Below, one piece after another: positions 25,761 through 38,345 of a DNA stretch of 64,000 nucleotides. This DNA is from Callorhinchus milii (lineage: Eukaryota). The notes under the pieces were generated by a model. It ran no database searches. It was not told the DNA's origin and was given only the letters and a program-made list of their open reading frames with translations. Location of the stretch: NCBI RefSeq assembly GCF_018977255.1, contig NW_024704743.1, forward strand, positions 89,158,001-89,222,000, read 5' to 3'. A program made the translations under genes and the position numbers. How positions within the stretch are numbered: position 1 is the stretch's first letter; the number at the start of each line of letters is the position of its first letter.

Positions 25761-27832
25761 TAATCATTTACTGTTCGTTAACGTAGCCACGAAAGACCAA
25801 ATAAAATGTTTTGACATCAACGTAGCACAGATGAAGTGAGACAAAAATTTCCAAATATTGCAAAATGGGGTGAACTTTTGCAGCATTTCATAATTTGGGG
25901 TTTGATCTCACAACTTTCTGACTCGGAGGCGGGAGTGTTACCAATTGAGCCATGCTGACGCAAAGAACATCTTGAAGGGTTAAAGTATAATTTTACAATT
26001 GATACCTCGCTGGTTATTGTGCAGTATAGTTTTAAACATGTTTTATCATCATGTTCTTTTTATTGCTCCATTCAGTTGATAATTATTGTTGTGTTATTCT
26101 TTTCTTTTGTCACTTTACTGACTTCATTTATTCAGCAAGAGCGTTAAATAAAATGAGGAATAGATTGACTGGCACGCAGTATTGACTGAGAATAATTATT
26201 CAATGCAACATTCATCACAGGAATGCAAGGTGTTACAGCCAGTGATGAATTGCTGTTCATTCAATGTACTGTAAACCTGCATTTGTTTCAGCTCTGGAGA
26301 CTTTGTCTTTTCATTCTTGAATGAAGGGCAAAATGCCCCTCATTCCTCTATGTTGTCATTCATTTTCTTTGCTTTAAATGTGCAGAAAGTCTCCAGGAAT
26401 CAATTTAGTTAAAAAAATTGCCTTAATAAATATAATACAATAATAAAATAATAATCCTTACCTTATCACATTGTTGAGACACCTCAAAGCAACTAACAGG
26501 ATTTTACAGTCAAGTTAATTAAATGTTCTTAAAATAAAATGTTAAATTTAAAATGAAAATTTTTTTTTTCCTTTTCCTCCTTCTCTTGTTTACTCCCTTC
26601 CCCCACTACCATCAGTCTCAGCACAATGTTTGCACCTGGGTATTTCTCAGCTCCTATGCTACTCTACACTCGAGATCTCCATTTGAGTACAATTAAAATC
26701 AAGATATCAACTCATTTTAGTTGCCGTCCTGTGAGCTGTCACTTATATGTTGCCTCCAGAACTTAGTAGTTGCTCAGGGCACATGTCCCAAAAATACAAG
26801 ATGACACCAATTTTGTTTTTACAGCATGAAAGTGAGCTGATCCAATGTGAAGAGGTCAGGGAGGGAGCTGGACTGATGAGTTACATCCTTCAGGTTAGGA
26901 AATGAGTGTGCTATCACATTGAATCCATTATGATTATGAAATGCTGCAAACTGCACCCTTTTTTTAAAAAAAAAGCCTTTTAGTAAATGTTCCTTCCAGC
27001 TAGTCTATGAAGGGGAGATCATAAAATCAAAGATTGGTTTGGATGAAAAAGGTCCTTTGACCCATCCAATCTCCTCCTTCCAGATTAGCTTCTCATAATA
27101 GCTTGACTGAGATTGAAGCTGAACCTTTGTCCCTCTAAACCATACCAGCAAATCCAAGGCCTGTTGTTGCACACCATTATAGTATCACCCTGCCAGCTGG
27201 ATATTTAATTTATTACATCCAACTTGTCATCTTTCAACAAAAAGGAAAACGTAATACATTGAGAGAAAATATTAATCAATATCCATTAAATGACCATTAA
27301 ATATGTATCACATTACTTAGTTCTTAAAGAAACATCTTTCAAAAGGATTTTTTTCAAAACTTAATTAAATTCCTCATTTAATTTCAATTCAAATCCACTC
27401 TGAAATTCACGATTAAAGACTGAGATATACATTGTGGTGAAAAATGTGGTATGTGATGTGGATAATTATCAGCAGTGGTCATCATCACATCACCTATGAC
27501 ATTTTTCATCCCGTTAATTGTAATAAAGGAAGAGGAAAAGCAGTTTGAAGAGAATAAAATACTTTAACCTTGTAAACATTATTGTAGTAGGTTTTTAAAT
27601 TAATTAATGTTCACTTAATTTAAATTTGGATCAGCTTGATTGAGGTAATGCTTATAAAATCTGAATAAGTGAGCCTTGCTAATAGCCCAGTGGACAGATA
27701 CATTCTGTACCAAGCTTACAGTGAATGGTACTGTGGTGCCAATCCCTCAGTGTGTGGTGCGAGTACTACAGTGAGTGGTAAAAGTGTTAGTATGTGGTAC
27801 TAAGCCCTACAAACCATTGGTTTACAATACAC

Positions 27833-28609
27833 TGCAAAATTACCTAGATTTACTCAATATTTGTAACATTTTAGAGAATCTGGAATTTGACATATTGTTG
27901 AATTCAGTCAACAACAACAACTTGGATTTATATAGTGCCCTCCACGCCGGATGGCGTCTCAGAAGCGCTTCACAGTAACGGATCCCAGGGCCGAGCCAGG
28001 GGGAGAGGGAAGAAGGTGACCAAAGGCGCGGTCGAAAAGAAAGGTCTTCAGCCGAGACCTGGAAATAGGAAGAGAGGGGGCGAGACGAAGAGAGTGAGGA
28101 AGGCAATTCCAGAGCCTCGGGGCATAGTGGCTGAAGGCACAGGGGCTGAGGGTGGAGCGGAGGACTCCGGGGACAAGGAGGAGGCCAGACCTGGAAGAAC
28201 GAAGGCAATGGGTACTGTGCTGAGGAGAGAGGAGTCAGAGAGGTAGGGGGAGGCAGAGGAGTGCAGGGACTTGAATACGAGGGTGAGGATCTTGAAATCG
28301 ATCCTCTTTGGGATAGGCAGCCAGTACAGTCTGGCAAGGACTGTGGTGATCGGGAGCGGAGTTTCATGCGGGTGAGAATGCAGGCGGCCAAGTTCTAAAT
28401 GAGTTTGATTTTATGGATGGTAGTGGATGGGAGACCGGCGAGGAGGGCGTTTGATAAGTCATAACTTTGAAGTTGGTTTTCCGTAATTCCATAACAACTT
28501 TGGAAAACCGGACTTCAAAATTAAGCTTATGTTTAAGAAATTTCATATTACTAAATTCTCTGTTATGCTAGGAAAATGGACTAAATCTAGACCCAGGTGA
28601 AATTTCTCT
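27833..28609. mobile_element. Palindromic MITE-like element split by an L2 insertion
   Basis: Left arm ends ..aattcagtc at ~27909 and the right part resumes ataactttgaag at ~28461. The joined sequence matches intact copies at 30285-30513 and 42118-42350. Confidence 0.6.
27909..28455 (-). mobile_element. L2 LINE 3' fragment
   Basis: LHWLPIPKRIDFKILTLVFKSLH-type RT C-terminus on minus strand and (TTG)n tail. Confidence 0.88.
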
Positions 28610-28644
28610 ATGGTGCTTTGCATGGGCTTTGAATGTAGGTTGGT

Positions 28645-28792
28645 AGTTAATAGACTATTTGATGAAGAAATTCTCAGGGATAGGGGCGGGTAAATGGAAT
28701 TAGGTTAGAAGACCAGCCATGATCTTATTAAATGGAGGTGCAGGCTCGAGGGGCCGAATGGCCTACTCCTGCTCCTACGTCTTATGGTCTAA
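28645..28792 (+). mobile_element. CR1-type 3' tail
   Basis: caggctcgaggggccgaatggcctactcctgctcct..tcttatg. Related tails at ~8215-8350 and ~39200-39345. Confidence 0.75.
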
Positions 28793-29351
28793 TTTTCTGA
28801 ACAGGTGAGGGAAAGAGTAATGGAATGGCTGCATCCACCAGCAATTGAGCTGAGCGGCACTCTTCCACCGTATTACATTTGCTCTGATATTCAGCTGTAC
28901 GCTCAGGACATATGTTGGTCCACAGATGTCATGCAATACTTTAAAAATAAGTCATTGTCTAATGGATCTGCACTAGTGCTCTCTGATGCTGCTGAGCTGG
29001 CAAACATGGGTAATGTGATATTTGAGAATATGCACTGTGCTACAGGATGCCAAGAAGAGAAGATATGTCATTATACCATGGAAAGATAATCAGACTCATT
29101 AGCTCTGGGACATGCAGCAGCCCCAAGTCAGCTGAACGAAGGTGGGGGTTGGATGAATGGGGTGTGAACGGATCAGAGAGGTAGGGAGGTCCCAGGGCAT
29201 GAAGAGATTTGAAAGTGAGAATCTTGAAATCAATGGCAACAGGAAGCCTGGCAAGACCAGGGTGACTGAGGAACAATTTTTTTTAAACAATGTGAAAAAG
29301 ATCCATATAATACACAAACATCAACATGGTGGAGGGTTAGTGACTACATCT

Positions 29352-29667
29352 GTGGAGTCCTGTAGCTCAGTGGTTAGAGCACTCGCTTTGCAAGTGAGAG
29401 ACCTGAGTTCAATTCCAGGCAGGGCGAAACCTTGGGCAAGTTTCCTTACTCCACACGCCTAATAATAATCCCTCCAAAAACAAAAAACAATAATAAATTG
29501 GTCATTTTCAATCTACGACTGTTTGTGGGACATTGCTGTGCGCAATTGGCTGCCGCGTTCGCCCACAAATATACAGTCAATTCACTTTGCAGTGTGTTCT
29601 GTGAAGCGCTTTGGGACGTCCTCTCGACGTGAAAAGCGCTATATCAAATGCAAGGATTATTATTATT
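29352..29667 (+). mobile_element. tRNA(Ala)-derived Deu SINE, short subfamily, young
   Basis: Nearly identical to 57997-58322, with CpGs retained. Confidence 0.92.
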
Positions 29668-29816
29668 TGTGGAAATTTCTAAGCTGTTGAATACTGCACA
29701 TTTCAACACTTTTTTTAAAAAAAGTTTAAGACTCAGAAAAGTGAAAGTTAATGATGATATGAATAGTATTACTAACTTTCTAACAGTAAACTCAGCCACT
29801 TTTCCCTGGCATAGAG

Positions 29817-30040
29817 CAACAACAAGAACAACAGCAGCAAAATGACATTTGTATAGCGCCTTTCACGTCGGGAGAACATCCGAAGGCGCTGGACAGTCAG
29901 GGTTTCGGACCCGAACTTAGGGTCGGGATCGATGGGGGGGAAGGAAGGTGACTGAAGGCACGGTCGAAGAGGAGGGTCTTGAGACGGGTCTTGAAGGAGG
30001 CAAGGGAGGGGATGAGGCGGAGGGACTGCGAGATGGAGCA
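29817..30040 (-). mobile_element. L2 3' tail fragment
   Basis: LASFKTRLKTLLFDRAF plus shared stem-loop tail. Confidence 0.85.
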
Positions 30041-30284
30041 AAGCACAAAATCCCACCAAATGTAATCTAATGTAATTTCCATATGGTTCGAGCACAAACG
30101 TACTGTAGCACAAACATTTATTGAATTCTGTTTTGGGCACCAGTAAATCTCAAAACAGTCAATATAAATCTTTTGATAAAATAATTAAATCAATATTTGA
30201 CTTGTAAAATAAACGGCATCAAAGATTGTAATTCTTTATGAAAGCATTTTTTCCCACTGAACATTTAGTTAATTTAATCTTGAA

Positions 30285-30513
30285 GGGGAAATTCCACCTG
30301 GGTCAAAACTTATTCTATTTTCTTAGTATTTCAGAGCACCCAGAACTTGGCAAACTCTTAAAACACAGACTTAATTTTGAAGCTAGTTTTCTGTAGGTTA
30401 TTTTAAGAGATACAGCCTTCAAAGTTAAAATTGAATTGAACATTTTATCAGATTCTGAACACTGAAATGCTACATGAATAGAGTGAATCTAGACCAAGGT
30501 TAAATTTCTCCCC
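30285..30513. mobile_element. Palindromic MITE-like element
   Basis: ggggaaattccacctgggtc ... gaccaaggttaaatttctcccc terminal inverted repeats; inner IR ttaattttgaagct / gccttcaaagttaa. Confidence 0.7.
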
Positions 30514-31936
30514 ATTATATTCAGATTCAACAACAAATGAGGTTCTGCAAACAATTGAGAATCCCGTTTTCATAGCATACCAACAAAAAGTATAACACCC
30601 AGCAACAGGGCCAGCACTGACCTGGATGATGCATTGGTTAACAGCTAAATGCAAGTTTTTTTTAACATAGAAACTGTGCATTGATTTTCATTTTAGAATG
30701 TTTTAACCACAACCTTTTGGAAAGAATAAGCAAATAACCAATATCTAACAGCCTTATCTAAGTGCGACAGCATTGTGTGTAAAGTAATGTTGCTTTTGTT
30801 AATATTTTACTGTCCCCAAGTCAACCTGACTACAGATGGTTTGATTCTTGTATAATCTAACTCTTGCTGTGTTCCTGGAACTGTGAATGTTGTGGTCGTT
30901 CCATGCTAGCAAGCTTATCATCTGAAACGCAGCATTCCACATTAAAGGAACAGACTGTGACCTGAATAACTTTATCTCATCCCCCTGTGTGCTACTTTAT
31001 ATTAGGATTATCTGGCGAGGAGAGAGTCACACTAAAACCTAACATTTAAAATTAACACCGTTCTGTCTGACCTGAAGAAAGTTGCAGAGTTTGTCATAAC
31101 ATGACATAGAGAGAACTTTTCATGGGAAGATTATTTTACTGTGTTCTCCAGGCACACAATTCAGCTCAACAGTGGCAAATTGAGTTACACAGGAGTAGTT
31201 CCATAGCTAGTTAATGTACTAACTATGGCAAGTTCCTTTACTACACATGCCTCTGCTTATCTAGTAGTAAGTAGGAAACCAGTTGTTAGTCAATTGGCAT
31301 ATCACTTTCCAGGTCAATAATCTCTCAAAAACAAATTCACTCAATCCACAACTGTTTGTGGGACACTGCTCTGCACAATTGACTCCTGTGTTTCGCCCAC
31401 GAAATACACAGTCAATCCACTTTACAATATATATTCTGTGAAGCGCTTTATGATGTCTCAATGATGTGATAAGGTGCTCTATTTAATACAAGGATTATTA
31501 TTATTGGTTTAAGAAAATTAAATGTATGATAAATTGAGGTTATAGATTTACCCTTGTACATGTTTCCAAACTCTATGATGTCAGAGAGAGAGATGCAGAA
31601 TGAGCTGCCCAAATCATGCCCATTTGAAGGGAAGAAGGGAATACCACAGGTCTTACTTTGTTTCACCTCATGTGAGCATTATCCAACAAAAACAACTTAC
31701 ACTTACATAGCATCTTTCACCTAGAATAGTATTGTGAAATATTTTGATCTCAGGGTTGGCTGTGAGCAATGCCTCATTTATGCTACTGGTATCAAAATTG
31801 CACACTTCAGCATTCTAAATCAAGGTGTTTACTCAAAAATGTTATTAAAGGGGCATTTGTGGCATTGGTTTCTTAGTAACAGTAGAAACAGTCTGTTCAA
31901 AGTTCCTACTCTGTCCCATACACTTTGCGAGTTTTA

Positions 31937-32400
31937 ACAACAACAACAACAACAAGATTCCATTTATTGAGCGCCTTTCACGTCGGGAGGACGTCCCAAG
32001 GCGCTGTACAGTTGGGTCAGGACCGAGCATTGGGGGAAATGGTCAGGGTGAGGGGAGGGAAGGGAGGGAGCGAGGAGGGGGTAGAGAGTCGAGAGTGGAG
32101 CTGAAGGCACGGTCAAAGAGAAAGGTCTTGAGACCGGCCTAAAGGAGGAAAGGGAGGAGGCGGCGAAGGCACTGGGGGATGGAGTTTCAGAGCCTTGGGG
32201 CTGAGAGGCTGAAGGCCCGGACACCGATGGTAGGGCTGTTGGGGCGGGGGATATGGAGCAGACCGGAGCCAGAGGAACGGAGGGTACGGGCAGGTAAGTA
32301 GGGGGATAGTAGGTCGGAGAGGTAGGAGGGAGCGAGGCCGTGAATGGCCTTGTAGGTGAGGATGAGGATCTTGAATTAAGTGGAGCAAGGGAAGCAAGCC
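31937..32400 (-). mobile_element. L2 3' fragment, young (CpG-rich)
   Basis: RT C-terminus (..FKILILTYKAIHGLAPSYLSDLL..), stem-loop tail and (TTG)n. Confidence 0.88.
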
Positions 32401-32599
32401 CAGTGTGGTGGACATTCATCATGTTTATACGGAACATAAGCAAACCACATTCACCTGAAACAACTTTCTCCAGGTGGTGTCAGGAGTATGACACTTATTG
32501 TCTGATCTGTGGATGTTTTGTTTTTGATCTTCCGAAATTCTCTGGATTCTGGAATGATTCCCATTGATTGGAAGATTGCAAACATAACGACGATACAAC

Positions 32600-34588
32600 G
32601 CATCTCCCCACTCTGCGCCTCCTCTAGCCCCTGCAGTCTTCATGCCTGTGAGCTGACCATGTCTCAAGTCTCGGCGTGCGCATCTTGGCTGCAGCCCCCA
32701 ACCCGAGCTGGTTTTCCCCCAAAATGCTCCCTTCCCTGCAACTCTCCTGCTCTATCCTCCTCCTCTCTCTCTGTTCTCCTCGCCTCCTATTCCCACTTGA
32801 CCATCCCACAGCCTCCCTCTGCTCCAGCCTGGGAACCCTCCATCGGGGTCACCGTGGCACTCCCTGTTGGCTGTCCAGCAGCAGCCACATTCTCCACTAT
32901 CACCGCAGGGCCAGCCATACCCAGACCCCAGGGCTAAACTGTCCTCCCTCATTCACATTTCCACCCTCTCTGTCAATCCTCCCAACACCCACTCCTGTCT
33001 CACACATTCCTCTGCCAACTGTACCCTCTGTATCAGACTACAAAATGTCTGCTTTCTTTCTAACAAGGCTCTCGTCATCAACGACATCATCGTTGATGAA
33101 AACATTGATATCCTGGCACTCACTGAACCCTGGATCACCCCAGGTGAAACCTTCCCCCTGACTGAAGCCACATCACCTTCCTATACCTTCCATCATACCC
33201 CATGTCCTAACCACCATGGCAGTAGTGTGGCCCTCATCTCCAGGTGCTCACTTGCTCTATCCCCCTACTCCTCTGGCTCATTTCCCTCCTCCGAGCACCT
33301 TAGCCTATACCATCCCTCCAATCTTTCCCTCAAAATTCTCCTGATTTATCGTCCCCCAAATCCTCCCCCATCTCTGTCATCTCTGCCGTCCTAGATTCCC
33401 TCTGCCTCTGTTCTGAACGCCTCCTCATCCTCGGCGACTTCAACCTTCACTTCACCCCCTTCTGCTCTATCTCCACCAACTTCACCTCCTTTCCTCTCAC
33501 AACTTCTTCCTCCACATCCACTCTGCCACTCATCCATGGCCACCCACTCGACCTGGTGTTTAACCAGGACCTCAGTGTCTTGGAACTCACAATCACCGAA
33601 AAAGCCATCTCAGATCACCATTTCATCTCGCTTAACTCTTCAATCCTTCTCCCCACTGCCAGCCAACCAACCTCCTGGACCTCTGCTGTCCTAACAGAAT
33701 GTCTGTCAGACATCAAGTCTTGGATGAGAGCTAATTTTCTTCAATTCAACAAGACCGAGGCCCTCCTGATTGGCTCCCATCAGTACCTCCTCACCTCAGG
33801 CACTGACAGCATCACTATCCATGGTTGCACACTCCATCTTACTAAGCCAATCCGGAACCTTGGGATCTTGTTTGACCTTCAACTATCCTTTCTATCCCAC
33901 ATCTGTGCCATGACCCATTCTGCCTCGCCCGCCTCCGCAACATCGCCCAGCTCCGCCACTGTTTCACACCACAGGCCACGGACAAACCCTCATACACGCT
34001 TACATTAAATCGAGGCTTGACTATGCAAACTCCTTGCTTGTCAGCCTCCCCAACTCCTCCTGCCATCCAGAAGTCTGCAGCCCTCATCTTCTCCCGCACC
34101 AGGCTCCGTGACCCTATCATCCCCATCCTCGCTCGACTCCACTGGCTTCCCATCACACAGAGGATATAGTTCAAGATCCTGGTCCTCACCTTCAAAGCCC
34201 TCCATGGTCTTGCTCTCCTCTACCTTTGCGACCTCCTAACCCATTACCATCCTGCTTGCACCCTCCACTCAGTGGTCACCGGACTGCTTCACGTCCCCCG
34301 CCTCGTTCGCCCCACTATTGGTGGGTGGACCTTCTGCCACTCTTCTCCCACTCTCTGGAACACCATCCCACAGTTCCTCTGCCTTGCCCCCACACCTACC
34401 TCCTTCAAGATCCATCTCAACACCCTCCTCTTTGACCATGTTTTTGATCGCCCTACTTCCCCCCTCCCCGCCCTCCACCCTCCCTGAAACCAACCCCCAA
34501 CTCAGGTCTGAAACTGTCTGTCCAGCACCTTGGGACATCCTCCTGATGTGAAAGGTGCTATCCAAATGTAATTTTGTTGTTGTTGTTG
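32600..34588 (+). mobile_element. L2 LINE with endonuclease domain and a large internal deletion
   Basis: APE domain (NKALVINDIIVDENIDILALTEPW; ILGDFNLH; AISDHHFI) is joined at ~33665 directly to post-YADD RT sequence (SAVLTECLSDIKSWMRANFLQ). Ends in stem-loop and (TTG)n. Confidence 0.9.
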
Positions 34589-34589
34589 C

Positions 34590-36402
34590 GCCGACTTATC
34601 CTCCTCGGTCACTCTCCTTCACAATTCCCTCTCCACCATTCTCCATGCCCTTGCCCCTCTCATCTCCCAAGCCACCTCCTACTCAGTCAACTCACCCTGG
34701 ATCTGTCCAGCCACCACTACCCTCCCAACCACCATCCCCTCTCCATCTCTCGCTCATACTCCGACCCCTACCCATCCCTCCCACCGCAACTTTGAATCTG
34801 TCTCCCCCTGCTCTCTCATCACCACCATAACCTTCATGAAGCCCATCCCCTGCTCCCTCGACCCTATCCCTACACCTCTCCTTACCTCCCAGCTCCACCT
34901 CCTCGCCCCGTAACTCCCAGACCTCGCCAACCTCTTCCTGTCAGCTGAAAACAGCTGTCATCACCTCTATTCTAAAATAATCTTCTCTGGACCCATCCCT
35001 GCTCATTAACTATCACCCAATCTTCAACCTCCCTTTCCTTTCCAAGCTCCTCGAATGAGTTGTGGTTTCCCAGCTTCACTCCTTCCTTTCCTGCTACTCC
35101 CTTTACAAACCCCTCCAATAGGTTTTCCATGCTGCCCACAGCATAGAACCAGCCAAGGTGACAAATGACATTCTGTCCATCTGTGACCAAGGCTCCCTCT
35201 GTCTCCTCATCCTTTCTACTGCCTTTGACACTGTGGACCACAATATCCTCCTCCACCGTCTCTCCGCTCACTTTAACCGTCAAGGTTCTGTCTTGAATGC
35301 TTCAGACTCTATCTCTCACACTGACTCCACTTTGTTTCCATAAATGGCTTCTCCTCCAGCCCCATACCATCTTGTGCGGTGTTCCTCAGGGCTCTGTCCT
35401 CGGTTCTCTTCTCTTCAACCTGTACGTGCTCCTTCTTGGTGACTTCATTCACAGACATGGGGCCAACTTCCACATGACTGTTCGGATGACACCCAACTCT
35501 ATCTCTCTGCCTCCACCCTCGACTCCAGGACTACTGATGTCCTGACGGATTGCCTCTTAGACATCCTGTCCTGGATGAAAGCCAACTTTCTACAATTGAA
35601 CGTCAGCACGACCAAGGTTCTCCTGGTAGGCTTGCATCAGGGCCTCAGCATCTCAGGCACTAGCAGCATTAGCATCCATGGATGCACACGCCACCTCACC
35701 AGCCAGTCAGGAACTGGGCATCTTGTTCAAACTTCAACTGTTCTTTCTCCCCCACATTTGTGCCATGACCCGCTCTGCCTTCCCCCACCTCTGCAGCATT
35801 ACCCGACTCTGCCACTGCCCAAACCCTCATATATGTCTTTATTACAACCAGACTCGACTATGCCAACGCCCTGCTTGTCAGCCTTCCCAACTCTTCCCTC
35901 CACAAGGTGTAGATCATCCAGAAATCTGCAGCTCATGTCCTCTCCTGCACCAGGATCTGTGACTCCATCACACCCACCCTCACCCACACCACTGGCTCCC
36001 TATCCCTCAGAGGAATGAGTTCAAAATTCTATCCTCCCCTTTCAGGCCCTCTATGGCCTTTCCCTTTTCTAACTCTCTGAGCTGTTAATCCATTATCAAC
36101 CTGTCCACTCCATCTTCTCAGCAGGCTCCGGCCTGCTCCATATCGCCTGTCGGGCCCACCCCACCATCGGCAGTTGGGCCTTCAGCCTCCCTGCCCCCAA
36201 CCTCTGGAACTCCATCCCACATTTCCTTCACCTCGTTTCCTCCCCTGCCTCCTTCAAGGCACTCCTCAAAACCCTCCTCTTCGACTATGCCTTTGGCCAC
36301 CCTCCTACCCTCTACGCTCCCTGATCCAAACCCAATCCCCCCCACCCAGCTTGGGTCCTAATCCTGACTATTCAGCGCCTTGGCACATCCTCCCGACGTG
36401 AA
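34590..36402 (+). mobile_element. L2 LINE, 5'-truncated, RT region
   Basis: AFDTVDHNILLHRL, CGVPQGSVLGSLLFNLY, MKANFLQLN. The tail is cut at ..tcccgacgtgaa by the adjacent CR1. Confidence 0.9.
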
Positions 36403-37058
36403 TCATAGATTTATACAGCACAGAAGGAGGCCATTCGGCCGATCGTGTCTGTGCTGGCTCTTTGAAAACGGCTATCCAATTCAATCCCATTCACCTGCTT
36501 TCTCCCCATAGCCCTAAAATTTGTCCTTCCCAGATAATATCTCTTAAAAGTTGTTATCGGATCGGCTTCCACCACCTTTCAGGCAATGCATTCTAGATCC
36601 GAACAACTCGCTGTGTGAAAAAATTTCTCCTCTGTTTCTTTTAACAACTAATTTAAATTAGTGCCTTTAGGTTACTGACCCACCTGCCAGTGGAAGTAGT
36701 TTCTCTTGTTCACCCTAACGAATCCCCTCATAATTTTGAAAACTTCTATCAAGTCTCCTCTTAACCTTCTCTGCTCCAAGGAGAATAATCCTAGTTTCTC
36801 TAGACTCTCCTTATAACTGAAGTCCCTCATTCCTGGTATCATCCTGGTAAGCCTCCTTTGCACGCTCTCCAATGCCTTGACATCCTTCCTAAAGTGTGGT
36901 GCCCAGAACTGAACATAGTCTCCAGCTGAGGCCTAACCGGTGTTTTATAAAGGTTCATCATAACATCCTGAATTTTATATTCTATGCCCCTATTTATTAA
37001 GCCTAGTATCCCGTATGCTTTTTTAACAGTTTATCTACCTGTTCTGCCACCTTCAAGG
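36403..37058 (-). mobile_element. CR1 LINE 3' fragment
   Basis: ESVQRRLTRMIPGMRDFSYKESLEKLGLFSLEQRRLRGDLIEVFKIMRGF plus CR1-type 3' UTR. Confidence 0.92.
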
Positions 37059-38129
37059 AGCACTCTGAGACTTGTTTCAAAATCTCAATCACAATAATAA
37101 CAATAATAATTATCCAGGCATTTGATATAGTGCCTTTCATGTGAGAAAGATGTCTCAGAGCACTTCACTGGATTTACTGTAAAGTGTTGCGACTGTGGAT
37201 TTCGAAGGCTAATGCAGCAACCAGGTTTATGCACAGCAATATCCCACAAACAAGCTCTGATCGGTGAATCTAGAATCCATAGAACCATTGAAATTTACAG
37301 CAAACTGGATGTATATTTGAGTCTCATAGTCTAGAAATAGAAATTCCCTTGGTGCCCAGCACAAACTTATCCCTCAATATTTAAGGCTTCAAAAGTTATC
37401 CTAACAATCTTATTGAGAAGCTTCCATTCTTTTGGCATATCAGGTGAGCTGCTGAACTAGATATGGAATTTATTCAGATGATCCATGCACTGAGATGGAG
37501 TAAATTGTAGTTCATGTTATCATAATACTGCTTCAGAGGCTCCCTCGAGGAAGCCTATTTGACCCCACTCAGGTTTTCATTTTCATCCTTGACTGGCCAG
37601 ATGTTGTCTAACATGACATTGTTTACTTTGCTAATGATTCCACCATCTGCAGAGTGTTTGACTTCTGTCTAAAATTCAAACTGACAACTGAATCATTGCA
37701 GGTAGATTTAGACCAAAATTGACCCTGGGCCAACAATCTGAGTCGTCCCGAGGAAGACTAAATCAATAATCCTGTTGAAATAGATGAATTACAATGGTAA
37801 GCACTATCTTTTATTAAAGTTGAAGGTTTCTTTTCAGTTACCAGCATTTGATTCCTTGGCTTAGTACTCTTGGTAATCTCACCTGATCAATAATGGGAAA
37901 ACAAGAACCAAAACCTGTTGGAAAAGCTTGTAGACTGCTGTGAGTTCTCATTCAGAGCAGTGCTATTTGTCACCCTTGGCATCTTCCATACTCCACAAAA
38001 TTTATAACTGCCCCGTGATTGGAGTATAGCAGTTCTGTTTTGCAGAATACAGAGAAAATTAATCTTCTCCTGATATTTTTACAGGGCAAAGTGTTGCAAG
38101 ATAGTGGATTGAAAATCACCCACTCCATG

Positions 38130-38345
38130 CCATCAAGTGAAGGGGCATGAATATAAGATAACCACCAGTAGGTCTAAAAGAGTGATTAAGAGGAATTTTC
38201 TTACACAGAAGGTGGTGACATTGTGGAACTCACTGCCAGAAGCGGTGGTTGAAGCAGAAAGCATGAATTAATTTAAAAGGAACCTCAATGAATACATGAA
38301 GGAGAATGCAATAGAGGGGTACGAGAGGAGATAGGGAGTCCACTT
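38130..38345 (+). mobile_element. CR1 LINE 3' fragment
   Basis: RNFLTQKVVTLWNSLPEAVVEAES motif. Confidence 0.8.
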
